A DNA stretch of 64,000 nt from Octopus vulgaris (GCA_951406725.2 OX597837.1:16120001-16184000); one strand, 5' to 3'. Shown: positions 13,966 through 27,885, numbered from the stretch's first letter. The notes: generated by a model from the letters alone, not told the origin. A program made the numbers and translations.

Positions 13966-14264
13966 ATGCGTGCACGTGCACACACACACACACACACATA
14001 CACACACATTCACACACACAAACACATACACACACACAGATTAAGCAAAGTTGAACGAAGTATATCCGTGTTTATCTGCAATGCACACACGTATCGCATC
14101 TACACACACACATGTATATATCACAACAGATGCATGAATAAATGTTTGTTCAAATCCGTTCCAAACACATTCGGATATGGATATACGCATGGGTATGTGT
14201 GTGAGCATCCATAATTATGTATATATAAACAGAAACCCACGCGTATGCACATGTGTGTTCTGTA

Positions 14265-14308
<44 letters not shown>

Positions 14309-15040
14309 CATAAACATGTAAACACATAGGTTAATATTTACATTTAAACGTTCACGCAGGCACACACAAACATATACGGAGGATGCGAGGGGGGGGCGTG
14401 CACATGGTACCTCTCGCATCTGCCTCTCACATACTGCATAATCTATACACGCTCTCTCTCTCTTTCTCACGCGCACACACACACGTACACACACACGTAC
14501 ACACACACACACACACACACGCATATGCGCACACACAGCTACGCCCGCACGCACACATCCACAGACGCACTCGCCTCCTCCGCTAACTACCCGACTATGT
14601 AAACCTCAAACCTCAACAGCAGCCGACAAGTACCCGGCTACCTTTGCCACCCGCGATTCTTCATTTAACCTATCGACACCCACCTCACCAAACTCATTCT
14701 TTACACACTACAAACTTGCTAATCTGCCACCCGCCACTTGTTAATTATATATTACATACATACACACACACACACACATACACACACACACACACATACA
14801 TACACACATACATACAAACATACATATATACATACATACATATATACACATACACACATACATACAAACACACATACATACATACATTCAAGCACACACA
14901 TACATACATACATACACACATACACACACATACACACATACATACATATATACATACATACATATATATATGTGTGTGTGTGCATGTGTGTTGTGTGTGT
15001 TTATTCTATGTTACTATGTATATATGTATATATATTTATC

Positions 15041-15095
<55 letters not shown>

Positions 15096-15169
15096 GCAAA
15101 TATATATTTATCCATATATGTTTAGATTTATGTTACCATGTATATGCATGTATGTATATGTATTCTTTA

Positions 15170-15402
15170 TTCTTTTACTTGTTTCAGTCATTTGACTGCG
15201 GCCATGCTGCAGTACCGCCTTGAAGGGTTTTAGCCGAAGAAATCGAGCCCAGCGCTTATTCTATGCAAGCTTAGTACTTATTCCATTGGTCATCTTTGCT
15301 TAGCCGCTAAGTTACGGGTCTCTAAACACACCGGCATCGGTCATCAAGCGATGATGGGAGGACAAACACAGACACCGATAAAAATGTATATATATATATA
15401 TC

Positions 15403-15491
<89 letters not shown>

Positions 15492-15645
15492 GACAGGCTT
15501 CTTTCAGTTTCCGTCTATCAAATTCACTCATGGCTTTCGTCGGCCGAAGCAATTGTAGAAGACACTTGCCCAAGGTGCCATGCTGTGGAACTGAACCCGG
15601 AACCATGTGTTTGGGAAGCAAACTTCTTATCACACAGCCACACCT
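15170..15645 (-). mobile_element. SINE family 1, near full length, with internal (TA)n
   Basis: Minus-strand head tggctgtgtg..ggttcagttcc; tail ttttacttgtttcagtcatttgactgcggccatgctg on plus. Other copies at ~3238-3423, 7368-7535, 11085-11180, 29257-29620, 33470-33870, 53925-54150 and 62515-62645. Confidence 0.8.
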
Positions 15646-15646
15646 T

Positions 15647-15713
<67 letters not shown>

Positions 15714-16814
15714 TGGCACATGGCTTAGTGGTTAAGTTGTTGCACTCACAATTGCGAGATCCGATTCCCAGACCGGGCGTTGCGTTGTGTTCTTGATCAA
15801 AGCACTTCATTTCACGTAGCTCTGACATGTGGCACCCTTGGCACCTGTACAGGTAATGTCGATCTGATGAAGGGAGTGAGCTTAAGTCTACACAAACATT
15901 TGATCGCTATAAACAAATCATCTGTGTGGTTGTTCGGTAAGGAATTGTCGAACCCTCATACGTCGTCCAACGATGGGAGAGTTCATTATATATTTATATA
16001 TACACGCATACATATACTTATATATACATTCGCACACATACATAAAGAATTCCCAGGTCGTATATTTACCATACATTAATAGTAGTAGAAAGTGTAGGTT
16101 GTACCTGCCCGAGGAAACATTTATACTAAGCAATTCTCTTCACTAAGACATCTATTGAAACTGTTAAAGAAGCGAGTTTTTCTGTTCGTGCCCACACGGA
16201 AGAAAAGAATTGATTGGCTGCCTACAACTGTATCATGATTTTAAATTTCCACCAGCTGTACTTTCCAGCACCACAGCCTGAAAGTTCAGCACAGTGTTGA
16301 TCACACCCGACCTTATTTATACACACATCGATATCCAGAAGCGGGTTTGAGTTAGGCACCCACCCCATCTCCACCTTCCACCCCCTCTCTTCACGCATAT
16401 TAGCCCTACACTGCCCGCACACAAATCCCCGCTCAACTCTCCTTTTCGGTGGGAGACGCAAGGGGCATAACTCTCAGTGAAATCCTCTCTGAACTTCTCC
16501 CACTGAGTTGTTACGTTTTTTCACAGCATTCACGAACCGGATATGACATTTGCTGACTTCCACTTGCAGAGAACCGTCTGTATAGTTTCCATAGCGGCCA
16601 CTCTGATTAATGCAGTCTTTGAGAGGAATCGACTGGCAAGATCGGCTAAAATGGATCCATAATATTGTGTACTATAAAGATTGATATCTATCTATCTATC
16701 TATCTATCTGTCTATCCATCTATGTACGTAATTTTTTGTCATATATATATATATATAAATGCATATGTATGCATACATATGTGTATAGTCACATATGTTT
16801 GTGTATGTATATTC

Positions 16815-16900
<86 letters not shown>

Positions 16901-18009
16901 GTATGTGTGAGTGTGTATATGTCTATTTTCCTTCCTTCACGTTGTTTTACACACCCACTCTTCCCGCTGATTCTCCACTCTTTCACTCACTCTCCTCTTC
17001 CTCCTCCTCCTCCTCCTCTTTGAACATTACAACTACAACCACCACCTCGACAACAACTACAACAACTACAACCACCACCATCACAACATTACAGAATCAG
17101 CAACACTACACCAGGGGCCTCCATACTCCACCGCCACTACAGTCACTACCACGCTACCACCACCGCCACCGCCACCACTAATACTTCTACTAGTACCACC
17201 ACCACCACCACCCTCTCTCCCACTGCGCCATCTCACCACACCCTCTACACAACCACCACCGCGCCACCGTCAAGACGTACCAGACATCAACAGATCAATC
17301 CTCCAGACATCCCATTGTTTAGCACCGAGCGGTAATGATTTTGACAGATGTTAGGGTGGCGGCAGCGGTGGAGGTGGCGGTGGCGATGGTGGTGGAGGCG
17401 GAGGGGGTGATGAGGAGGGGTAGTAGTGATGGCGAGGTGGTAGTGGTGTTTGAATGGTGTTGTTGTTGGTAATGGCGGTGGGGGTGGTGGTAGTAAAGAA
17501 GATAATGGTGGCGGTGGAATTGATGGCTGTAAGGATGTTAAAGGGGGATAAGGGTGGGGATAAGGGTGGTGGTGAGCGAGGTTACGGGGTTGCGGCTGTG
17601 GTGACGGGGGTGATTGTGCAGTTGTTGTTGTTTTTGGTGGTGGTGGTGGTGGTGGTGGTAGGGGTGAAGTGCGCTCACAGAGATGAAGTGTTGTGAGGGG
17701 TTTTCGTTGTGGTGCTGCAGGGGGAGGGTAATGGTGGAGGTGGGGTGGAGGTGGGTGGAGGTGGTGTGGGGTGGAGTGGCAACGGGGGTGGTGGTGGTAA
17801 TCAGTGTGGGAGTGATAATGTTAGAAATGCTTGTTGTTGTTTGACCCTTGGTCAATCTAAATAAACGGATCCATGATCAAAAACAGTCCATCCATGAGCA
17901 TCCAGCTAATTTAGAACGTATACATATATTCAGCATATAAACCATGGCTCACATGTGTGGTACCCAGGCCATGTGGTACCCAGGCCGTGGTACCCAGTGG
18001 TGTAGCATG

Positions 18010-18290
18010 GGATGTGCGAATCATACAAGGTCGCCATTTTACGTCCATGCATTTTTTGCTGTTGTGGAAGATGTGTTGCGTGCAAGAAAACAAGCGATCG
18101 GTTTGATTATCAGACAGGGCAGCCAAAACCCCAATCCAAGGCCCCTGCTGATACCAAACGACCAGGAACCCGTTCATGGATTAAACGATAAAGACCAAGC
18201 AGTTTGCCTGTTAGGTTATCAGGGCTGCAAAATCGACGAACCTCGTTAATCCGTTACCGTTTCTGTAAAACGGGATTGGAGGAAACCACA
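18010..18290 (-). mobile_element. Possible degraded LINE AP-endonuclease fragment
   Basis: NGNGLTRFVDF / SDNQTDRL / CMDVK loosely match NG.RLL.FC / NQIDH / L.DV motifs; heavily mutated. Confidence 0.3.
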
Positions 18291-18746
18291 TTGTCTGATG
18301 TCCCAGTGGGGTGTGGTAGTGATGATGATGATGATGATGAGTAGGAGGAGGAGGAGGAGGAGAACGGGGGGAGGACGGAGGAGGAGGGGGAGGAGGGAGA
18401 AAAGGATCGTATTGGTGGTCATGGCGTGTATAGTGTTGTTGTTCATGTTCTAGTTCCTGTTATTAGTGATGGTAGTGGTGGTGCTGGCGGTGGTGGTGGT
18501 GGTGGTGACAGTGGTGATAGTAGTGGTGGTAGTGGTGGTAGTGATGGTAGTGAGGGTGGTTGTGGTGGTGGTTGTGGTGTTGATATAGTGGTGGGTGTAT
18601 CGCTGATGCAAGTGATGGAGAGGAAAGAGGGAGAGGGAAAGTTCGTGGGGGTGGAGAGTTAACGCCTGACAATCCGCCAGTTTTGTGCATTTGGGTGCTT
18701 AGCTACATTCCAACGAATGAAACGACCGACGAAAAGAAGAATAATG

Positions 18747-18800
<54 letters not shown>

Positions 18801-18959
18801 GGAGGTGAGTATGTACGTGCTGGGGGTTGGGTGCATTTCTGTGGTTGTACAAACTTAACTCTCCCTCCCTCTGTACACATATATAAACACGCATTCTCAT
18901 GAAAACACACGTATGTATATGTACTTATATATATATAATGTGACCTCGTGTGTACCGTT

Positions 18960-19142
18960 GGCGATTTTTTTTTCCTCTGTCTTCCCTTCTCTGGATTTTT
19001 CCTTCTCCTATGTTTCTGACGAAGAGCTCCGCTCGAAACGTTAAACCCTCCTTCTTTCCTTCTTTCCTGAGCGTCCAATAATACTATATTTGTTCCACGT
19101 CCTCGCGTTGTTGTGTTTTTTTGTGCTTTCTTGTTTGGATTA

Positions 19143-19148
<6 letters not shown>
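18960..19148 (+). mobile_element. Penelope-like terminal repeat carrying a minimal hammerhead (19012-19046)
   Basis: gttt-CTGACGA-agagctccgctc-GAAA-cgTT-aaac, with palindromic AACGTT in place of stem III; ends in (TA)n. Second copy at 48983-49170. Confidence 0.7.
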
Positions 19149-19197
<49 letters not shown>

Positions 19198-19367
19198 GTG
19201 TGTGTGTGTACTAAATGAGTATATCTTTTCTAGTGGAAAAGTACGCTGGGTACAGAACTTAAAACAGCATATATGTGAGTGCATGTGTTTGTGTGTGTGT
19301 GTGTGTACGTGCGTGTGTGTAGCCACACAGCCACACATATATATGTTTCATATACCTGGACACATCA

Positions 19368-19980
19368 TCAGTGATGTCTCTTGAGGGTCATAAGGTGCTC
19401 AGGGTCTTTCAACAACCAAACATCCTCCTCCTTATCCAGGTGGCTCCACTGGGGTTGATCAAATCTCAGCTTGTGTCCAGTGAGCACTTCCCCTTCAAGG
19501 ACTTGCATCTCCTCTTGATCCGCAGCCACCTTGAAACAGCTTCTGCTACCTCCACACTTAATGCCAAGCATACTGTAAAAGGCTCTGTAGAGAGAGAGAG
19601 ACTGGCCAGCAGCACACTCTCTGCATCGCACCTCCTCAGTGGCATGCTTGCCAGCCCAGTGCTTCGGCATAATCCCTCTAGCTCAGCATATTTCTTCCTC
19701 TTGCTCTTGTTAGCCTCCTTGATGCAGATCTCCCAGAGGACAGAGAGAGTCCTAACAGAACCACCTTCTTGGATGCTTCTGAGATCAGCACCATATCTGG
19801 CGTTAGTGACATTGAAGTAACAACTTTCAGGGGAGTTCACATGCTTCCCCTCGTCCATTGAAAGCTGTCAGTCTTTTGTTGTAGTCAAATAGGTCCGAAG
19901 AAGCAAGCCTCGCAGTGGCCATCTTCTGAGCGCCAGCCTCGACAAAAGTGATATTCTTCGTCGGGCGGAGGTGCTCTTGA
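19368..19980 (-). mobile_element. HERO-like (RLE-type) non-LTR retrotransposon, 3' fragment
   Basis: Across frames: ITFVEAG, D*QLSMDEGKHVNSP, TLSVLWEICIKEANKSKRKKYAELEGLCR, EVRCRECAAGQSL..YRAFYSMLGIK, AEAVSRWLRIKR. These resemble the HERO endonuclease region ELTVPWE..EANERK..KY..EVGCRGFAGQSL..ASRWLWIKR. Confidence 0.75.
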
Positions 19981-19986
19981 AATGAC

Positions 19987-20070
<84 letters not shown>

Positions 20071-21112
20071 CACATACATACACATACATACATACATACA
20101 TACGTGCATACTTACATACGTGCATACACACATACATACATACATACATACATGCATACATACATACATACATACATACATACATGCATACATACATACA
20201 CACATACATACACACACATAGGCACCATTCAATGCAACGAACTGTACAATCCGGCGATTGTATTCAAACGCCGGATTAAACTCCTGTTATTCACATAACA
20301 GAAACAAGTGAACACGCGCACGTAAAAACACGTAACAGCACTCACATTCCTGCATGCTCTTCCTCCTCTCCTCTCTCTCTCTCTTTCCGTCTTTCTCTCA
20401 CCTCTCCCCTCTCTTCCCTCCTCCTCTCTCTCTCACACTCACACGCGCACACAAACCACCAAAAACCGTTCGTTCGCCAAAGTGTATGTCACGGATTATC
20501 CACACCGCCATCAGCTGCCATCCAATCTCTATATATACGTCGTCTGTACTCTAAAGGAACAACACACTGAAATACAGGCTCTCCCTCTCTCACCCTCTCT
20601 CTCCCTCTCTCACCCTCTCTCTCCCTCTCTCTCCTTCTCCCTACACAATGTCACATGTAACAACAAAGGATTGTCTGCTGCTAACATTTCTGACAAATAG
20701 AATGAATTCAATGACAAATTTTTGATTAGTCGTGAACATTATAACGGCATGTCTCTCTGCCGGTACCGATGTCTGCCTCATCTCATACTCTCTCTCTCTC
20801 TCTCTCCCTATGTCTACCTCTCTCCCTATGTCTACCTCTCTATCTGTCTGGACACCTCACTTCCTTCCTCTCCCACTCTCTCTATACATAATGATATATA
20901 TATATATACATATATATATACAGGTATGTACATGTGTGTGTGTGTGTGTGTGTGTACATATGTATGTACCAATGAACGAATGCATCTATGCACTCGCCTG
21001 CTTTCATTACATTGCTAAATTCTTGTTAGAGTACGCAAAAGCTCTGCACCGCCGTATGTGCCTGCATATATATATATATATATATACACACATACACACA
21101 CACACACACAAA

Positions 21113-21159
<47 letters not shown>

Positions 21160-21453
21160 GTGTGTGTGTGTATGTATGTATGTATGTATGTATAGCTTTG
21201 CATTGATACATTGATACATTAGTATGCATAGGTTTACGTGTGTATATATATATTATACCTGCCATACATATATATATGTGCATACACATAGACACACACA
21301 CACACACACATACACACACACACACACACTCACTGAAGGCTGTTGTTTATTGTCTTTCGCGTTATTTTACAAAGACACCAACTTAAATACACATTCGTTC
21401 ACATGTATTCATCTTCTGCTGCGCTCAAATGTTCATACTAACACACACACACA

Positions 21454-21502
<49 letters not shown>

Positions 21503-21819
21503 CCAAGACCATGTACTTATATTTTTCAGGTAATATTTTACTGGGTGCAATTTGTGGTGCTTGAATAATTTATTTCAAAATTATTCTAATAATGATGTTA
21601 ATTTTCTTGCCCTCTCCTAAATGACAACCTCGTTGTTGTTGTTGTTGTAGGTAATGGTGGCGATTGTGATACTGATGGTCGTGATGGTGTCTGCGGTGTT
21701 TAGGCCGTATCACCTCTGAATCAAGAATTCCCATGATCAAAGGCATTCTAGTCATGACCATCCCGTCTTCTATTTGTTTGAATATTTTACATTACAAAAC
21801 GTTTCCTTTCTCTAGTACT

Positions 21820-21960
21820 AGACTGGTACTTATTTTATCGACCCCGAAATGATGAAAGGCAAAGTCGGTTTCGGTGGAATTTGAACTCAGGACGTCAAGA
21901 CGGACGAAAAGTCGCTAAGCATTTTTGTCCGGCATGCTAACGGTTCTGCCAGCCCGACGC
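21820..21960 (-). mobile_element. SINE family 3 (CORE/MIR-like)
   Basis: ctggtacttattttatcgaccccgaaatgatgaaaggcaaagtcg..ggaatttgaactcag..tctgccagc. Copies at ~5570-5730, 30370-30490, 49700-49860 and 58015-58220. Confidence 0.75.
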
Positions 21961-21964
21961 CCAA

Positions 21965-22495
21965 AGCAGTGGCTCTCATGGCTTTTGACCTTAACTGATT
22001 GAAAGTGTTATCATGTACATGATTTGTCTTTGTGTAAAATATGGGCCACGGCAAATATTCTGCTCGATAGCGCAGATTTGCTTGTCAGTTGCTTGGCCTT
22101 AACAGTTGAGCATGTCCCTGGGTGGCTGACGATATGTGCATCTCTGATCATGAGCAGATTTTGTGGGAAGCATCAAGTTGGGAAGAATTCTTTGTGGCTT
22201 GGATAATTCACCTGTAGAAACATGGGTGTTTCATTGATCAATCTTAATACAAACCTTATTCAGGGTCTTTTTGAATGTGATGGGCAACTCGACCTGAAGG
22301 AAATTCTAACTGGGCCCCATCTGCAAAGTCATGCGTTGTTTATCTTGATATGAAATCACCGTGTTGTGTACATATGGTTGTGATGCATGTGCCTGGTGTA
22401 CCCTTATCAGGCGGGTAGTCATGATGGGTTTATTGGGCTTCGTATATTTGTACCCCAGCATCATTTTGGTGGCATGCACTGCTATCTCACTCAAT
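21965..22495. repeat. Dispersed repeat, probably a LINE 3'UTR
   Basis: cagatttgcttgtcagttgcttg..ttgagcatgtccct..atatgtgcatctctgat is present inverted at ~62300-62430. Confidence 0.6.
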
Positions 22496-23016
22496 AAGGA
22501 TGATGATGATGATGATGATGATATATCTTCTTGCCTCAAAGAGCGCGTGATGGAGGACACTGCAGACAAGTTCAACACTACTGGTTCGAAACAGCAATAA
22601 TATAAAGAGGTAAAGTGTTCCCAATTTAAGACCAAATTTAAGGCCAGACAAACCACTACGCCACCACCACCACCACCACCACCACCACCACTATTATCAC
22701 TCTCACCAATATACACCCACAAGCATTACTGCTTCCAAGAAGAAGAAGCAGAAGAAGAAGAAGAAGAATGTGGTTAGCACCATAAGCAATGGATGCTACT
22801 AACTCATTCACACGCGTGTGTGTGTGTGCGCGCGCACACACACACACACACACCTGGCTCCGCAGCTCAGAACATATGACAAAAGCCATGCCCTCCCTTT
22901 CACCCCACCCCTGTCCCGGGCTTTTTCTCTCCCTTCCCCCACAGGGGAGGAAGTAGGAGGAGGCGAGTAGCACGTGTGGGTGACAGAGTGCAGTGTTTGT
23001 TATATAAAACTTCCAT

Positions 23017-23321
23017 TTGGACAATAAGAAATTCCTGGAATATGTCTAATGCAATCGCGGAATCCTTCTGAAGACGGAGAATGGTAACAGAAAAAAGTTC
23101 TGAAGAAATGAAGTTCTACTTATTTGCTTTCCAACTCATTCACACACTCTCTTTCTATCTCTCTCTCTCACTCTCTCACACTCTCTCTCTCTCACTCTCT
23201 TACTCTCTCTCTCTCTCTCACTCTCTCTCACTCTCTCTCTCTCTCTTTACGTGTATATGTGTGTATACATATAATATACATAGTACTATGCGAGTATATA
23301 TATATATAGTGATTATATACA

Positions 23322-23364
<43 letters not shown>

Positions 23365-23373
23365 CTCTCTATC

Positions 23374-23414
<41 letters not shown>

Positions 23415-24408
23415 GTATACATTACAACATACATACATATTTATCTCTGTCCATCAATCAAGCTACCTATCTACCTTTAATATCTCTCTGTATCTCCTGT
23501 ATATTCGCAAACACACACACACACATACGCAAAGCTGAGTTCCTACTCTTGAAATGCAAGAGGCAGATGCCTATCTCCCAACCTGTCATATATCAGAAAC
23601 GGTCACAAGTCCCCGTATGGCGGCTTCTCTGATTCTGTCAGTGGATGGGACACAGATCCGTCGCAGAGTTACTCATTGTTGCTAACTGAGTGGACTGGAG
23701 CAACGTGACATGAAGTGTCTTGCTCAAGACAACAACGCATCGTCCGCTTCAAGAATCGAAACCGCAATCTTGCGACCATGTGCACAACACCCTAACCACT
23801 GACCCTCGAGCATCCACCCTTTCCAATTTAAAGGCATATCGATTACATCGATCCCCGCTGAACTCTACACTTTTTTTTCATTCTCTGTTTTATTCCTCTT
23901 ATTCCTTTCTGTTGAAGAGCGCAGACTCGAAATGTAAAACCCTTTCCCCAGAGGCTGGCAGCGCTAGCGATTGTGATGTCATCACTATCATCATTACGCG
24001 ATGCTGATGATTGATTTCATAGCAGTAAAGAATGGTGGTGGTGGTGGTGGTGGTGGTGGTGGTGGTGGTGGTGGTGGTGGTGGTGGTGGTGGTGGTGGTG
24101 GTGGTGGTGGTGGTGGTGGTGGTGAAGATGGTGTTTGCCGTTGTTGTCTCCGTCGCCATGGCAATCATCACTGATGGAAGTTATTGCATAGGGGTGGGTT
24201 GGTGGGGATGGAGATAAGGATCAATTGCGTGAGTGTTAATGATGGTGGTGGGTGAGGTGGGCGTGTAGGGTTAGGGGAGTTGATGTTGCGAAGAATATAA
24301 GTGGAACCAAATTCTTTAGAACGTTTGCGTTACCATTCAATTGCTGAATGTCTTCAGAAGGATTCCGAGATTGCATGAGACATATTCGAGGAATTTCTCA
24401 TTGTCCAA
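23017..24408. repeat. Long-range inverted repeat: 23017-23075 pairs with 24350-24408
   Basis: 55/59 identity between the plus arm and the reverse complement of the second arm, plus a 10-nt extension (23079-23088 vs 24329-24338). Confidence 0.9.
23905..23940 (+). ncRNA. Variant minimal hammerhead-like motif (CUGUUGA core)
   Basis: cttt-CTGTTGA-agagcgcagactc-GAAA-tgTA-aaac; non-canonical core, probably inactive. Confidence 0.35.
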
Positions 24409-24421
24409 GTTCCACATACCA

Positions 24422-24482
<61 letters not shown>

Positions 24483-25074
24483 CATCTTGAAAGTACGAAA
24501 GAAGAATCGGCCTTTGTTGCAGAGGCTTGTACACACACACACACGCACACACACGCACGCACACGCAAATACAGACCCACACACGCAGTCGCACATACAT
24601 ACACACACACGCACACACGCATGCGCCTACGCTCGCACACGCACATCCACTCACCCCCCCCCCCCCCCACGCGCACTTACACACAAACACAAACATACAC
24701 ACATACACGCGCGCGCACAATAAGTACATAAATGGATCTCCACCGGCTTCGACGATGAGAATTCCGTTGTTCGATCAGCTGAGCCACCGCTCATTGAATT
24801 TGAACCGATCGATTATTTTACCGACACATGTGATTTCTCCGCACTTCTTCGAGGAAGATTCATTTGTTCGATCAAGTGAATTATCTGCTCCTGAATTCAC
24901 ATCTAACAGGTTGAGTATCCCATAGACGTATATGTGACGTGATTCGCAGCCAGAATCAGCGAAATATAGTGTGGGGCAAAGCTGTATCTTTTGAATGGGC
25001 TTCCACACAGTTTCCGTCTACTGGATTCCAGTCATACGGTATGGGTCAATGAGATTTGCCCAAGATAATACGCG

Positions 25075-26273
25075 TAAACTCACATTTGACTGTTCAAAAA
25101 CGACTTCAAATGTAACTAGCAGCGACTTCTCTTAGAAATGGGGAAAATTTGACATTATGGTGTTATGAGGTACCTGCATGAAAAAGGTTTGGCTCCTCAG
25201 GGCATTCATGCTGATATGGTTGCTATATTAGGGGATGATATGGTGTTATGAGGTACCTGCATGAAAAAGGTTTGGCTCCTCAGGGCATTCATGCTGATAT
25301 GGTTGCTATATTAGGGGATGATACTCCAGCTTCATCAACAGTGCAAAAGTAGGTAAGTGAATTTAGGAGGGTAAGGGAGGGTCCTGAAGATGACCCAATG
25401 TCTGGACGTCTTGCGACTGCCGCCACACAGGAAAACGTGAATCGTGTTCACTACATGTTGACGGGTGACAAGCGATTGACTGTAACATCAAATAACCAAT
25501 GCTTTTAGCTTATTCCATAAAAGAGTTGAGAATATTCGGCTCAATAAACCCAGTCAGTGCCACCTCTTCTGACACCTGATTAAAAGCGCACCAAGCTGTT
25601 CACATCAGACTCAGCTGGTTTCCTTGGATATTTCCTTGCCGAGAATCAGTGTTGACTTCGTCACTTTGAGCCAGAGACAAAGAGACAATCCAAGCAGTGG
25701 AACCACCCCTCTTCATCTGCTCCAAAGAAATTCAAAGTTGTTTCACCTGCAGCGAAGATGATGGCCTCACTTTATTCGTGTACAAAAAGCATTGCGCTTA
25801 TTGACTACCTGCAAAAAGGCCACACCATCAATGGAGAGTAACTTGTAGCCAACTTGCCAGGGAAGTTGCAAAAGGCTGGCAAGACGAGGAAAGCAGACGA
25901 AAGATCTCTCATGTTTCATCAGGGCAATACTCCAGCACACAAATCGTGAGTTTCAATGGCCGCTGTCCGTGAGTGTAGCTTTGAACGGGTTGATCAACCT
26001 CCCTATTCGACCAATTTGGCGCCATTTCCCAAACATGAGAAAAACACTTGACTGAGAAGCAGTATTGGCGTGACGATGACGTCATATTTGCTGTTGATAA
26101 CTGTTTTGAGTAAACAGGATGAAATCTTCTTCATCAATGGGATCCAAGCACTGTAACACCGATGGAAGAAGTGATGTGGATCGCCAGAGGGGCTATATTG
26201 AAAAATAAACCCCATTTGGTCAGGTTCTCTGAGTGCCTTGGTCGGCCGATGAGATTTTCATCCGACCTTCATG
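25075..26273 (+). mobile_element. Degraded Tc1/mariner (mariner-type) transposon
   Basis: ATG at 25138: MGKI*HYGVMRYLHEKGLAPQGIHADMVAILGDD. Then EDDPMSGR, IDYLQKGHTINGE, FHQGNTPAHKS, PYSTNLAP, HRWKK, YIEK* at 26209. TIR-like end ttttcatccgaccttc. Multiple stops and frameshifts. Confidence 0.9.
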
Positions 26274-26581
26274 GGCCTACGACGTCAGGAACGGCTCGTG
26301 GAGAAATCCAAGGCTGAGATGGAGGTTGTGGCGTAGATGGACACACTTAGGCTCAAGATATGTACACATACATACATGCATACATACATATATACATACA
26401 TACATACATATTTGTGTGTGTGTGTGTGTGTGTGTGTAGCTATCTATACAGATAAATAGGTAAAGAGAGAGAGAGAGAGGGATACACATAGACGCATATA
26501 TCTACATATATTCGGAAAGGTATCAATGGTTTTAGAGGACGAAAACTGAAACAAGTCCGTCGTATACATACACACACAAAT

Positions 26582-26667
<86 letters not shown>

Positions 26668-26998
26668 GTGTGCATATGCATATACATATGCTAATAGCTT
26701 ATCAAACTGTAGGATGGCATACTGGCACACACATCCATCCACCGGCACTAGAAGAGTGCTTCGGGTACTACTCTTCGGCATCATCCCATACACACATGCA
26801 CCCGAGACAAGATAAAAGTGACAAGGGAAGATAATAGGAGAATAAAAGAAGGGCACTAAAAGAGAAAGGAAATTAGGGACTTGTTTGAATTCGCCAATTA
26901 TTTGATAAGGATTCCCACATGAGGTATGCCTTGTCTGTGTGAGCGTATGTGGGGGGTTTGTATGTGTGCATAAATGTATTCATATACATACATATACA

Positions 26999-27076
26999 TA
27001 GCTGAAACAGCTGCAAGCCAATGGAATTCATAACACAACCATTGTTTTTCCTGCGTCATCTCTTTTTCTAATATAT

Positions 27077-27112
<36 letters not shown>

Positions 27113-27190
27113 ATATATTAGAAAAAGAGATGACGCAGGAAAAACAATGGTTGTGTTATGAATTCCATTGGCTTGCAGCTGTTTCAGCTA
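26999..27190. repeat. Perfect 192-bp palindrome centred on (TA)n
   Basis: tagctgaaacagctgc...atgttt (AT)n aaacat...gcagctgtttcagcta; centre 27094/27095. Confidence 0.9.
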
Positions 27191-27286
27191 CGAGATGCAG
27201 TGGACTCTTAGTTGGGTGTCTGAGTAACATCTATATAAAAGAGGAAGCACAAAGTGACGGCAATCATCTGTGAAGATGAAGTAATC

Positions 27287-27360
<74 letters not shown>

Positions 27361-27609
27361 CGTGCGTGTGTGTTTAAGCTTTTTCTTTTACAATCGTAGA
27401 AGTTACAATATGACACAAGAGCCGAGGGTTTCAGGCTTGCGTGGCGCTTACCAAATTTTAATACTTTCCACTCTTGATTTATTTTGCGATTTTTGGCGAT
27501 TAACAAGTTTTATGCTTTGGATTCTATTTATCCTGTCTGTACAACCAAGCCTACATGCATATGTGTGTGCATATGTAGGGTTGTAAATATATATATATAT
27601 ATATATATA

Positions 27610-27885
27610 TGATTCAGATGTATATGGTACTTAAGTTACCAAAATTTAGTACGGTATTATTCATACAATTTCAAAATAAGGTGATTAAAATCAAAATAAG
27701 CAACAAGGATATCCAGAGGTAATGCAGTACGATCGTTTCAAGCAACTCCATTTAATTGAACAATGCAACCATTACATCAATTTAAATACAGAGCAATCAT
27801 CAGCTGCATAAAGACATAGAATGTAATTAAATTAAAACAGATGGACACATTAGTATAACTTTACCTAAAATCTCCAAGAAGGTAC
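27610..27885 (-). mobile_element. Penelope-like terminal repeat between (TA)n tracts
   Basis: Homologous to 44826-45025; carries a hammerhead motif. Confidence 0.65.
27722..27809 (-). ncRNA. Type-I hammerhead ribozyme with extended stem II
   Basis: Minus strand: atgcag-CTGATGA-[57-nt imperfect hairpin]-GAAA-cgatcg-TA-ctgcat. 6-bp stem I, palindromic ACGATCGT stem III, GUA triplet. Confidence 0.75.

Noticed and set aside
15580-15645. tRNA genes at A/B-box-like motifs
   Set aside because: These are SINE heads with no cloverleaf.
26700-26856. LLVPVDGCVCQ as the NTR CxC motif
   Set aside because: The CVC arises from a short CA repeat, and the frame runs into microsatellite.
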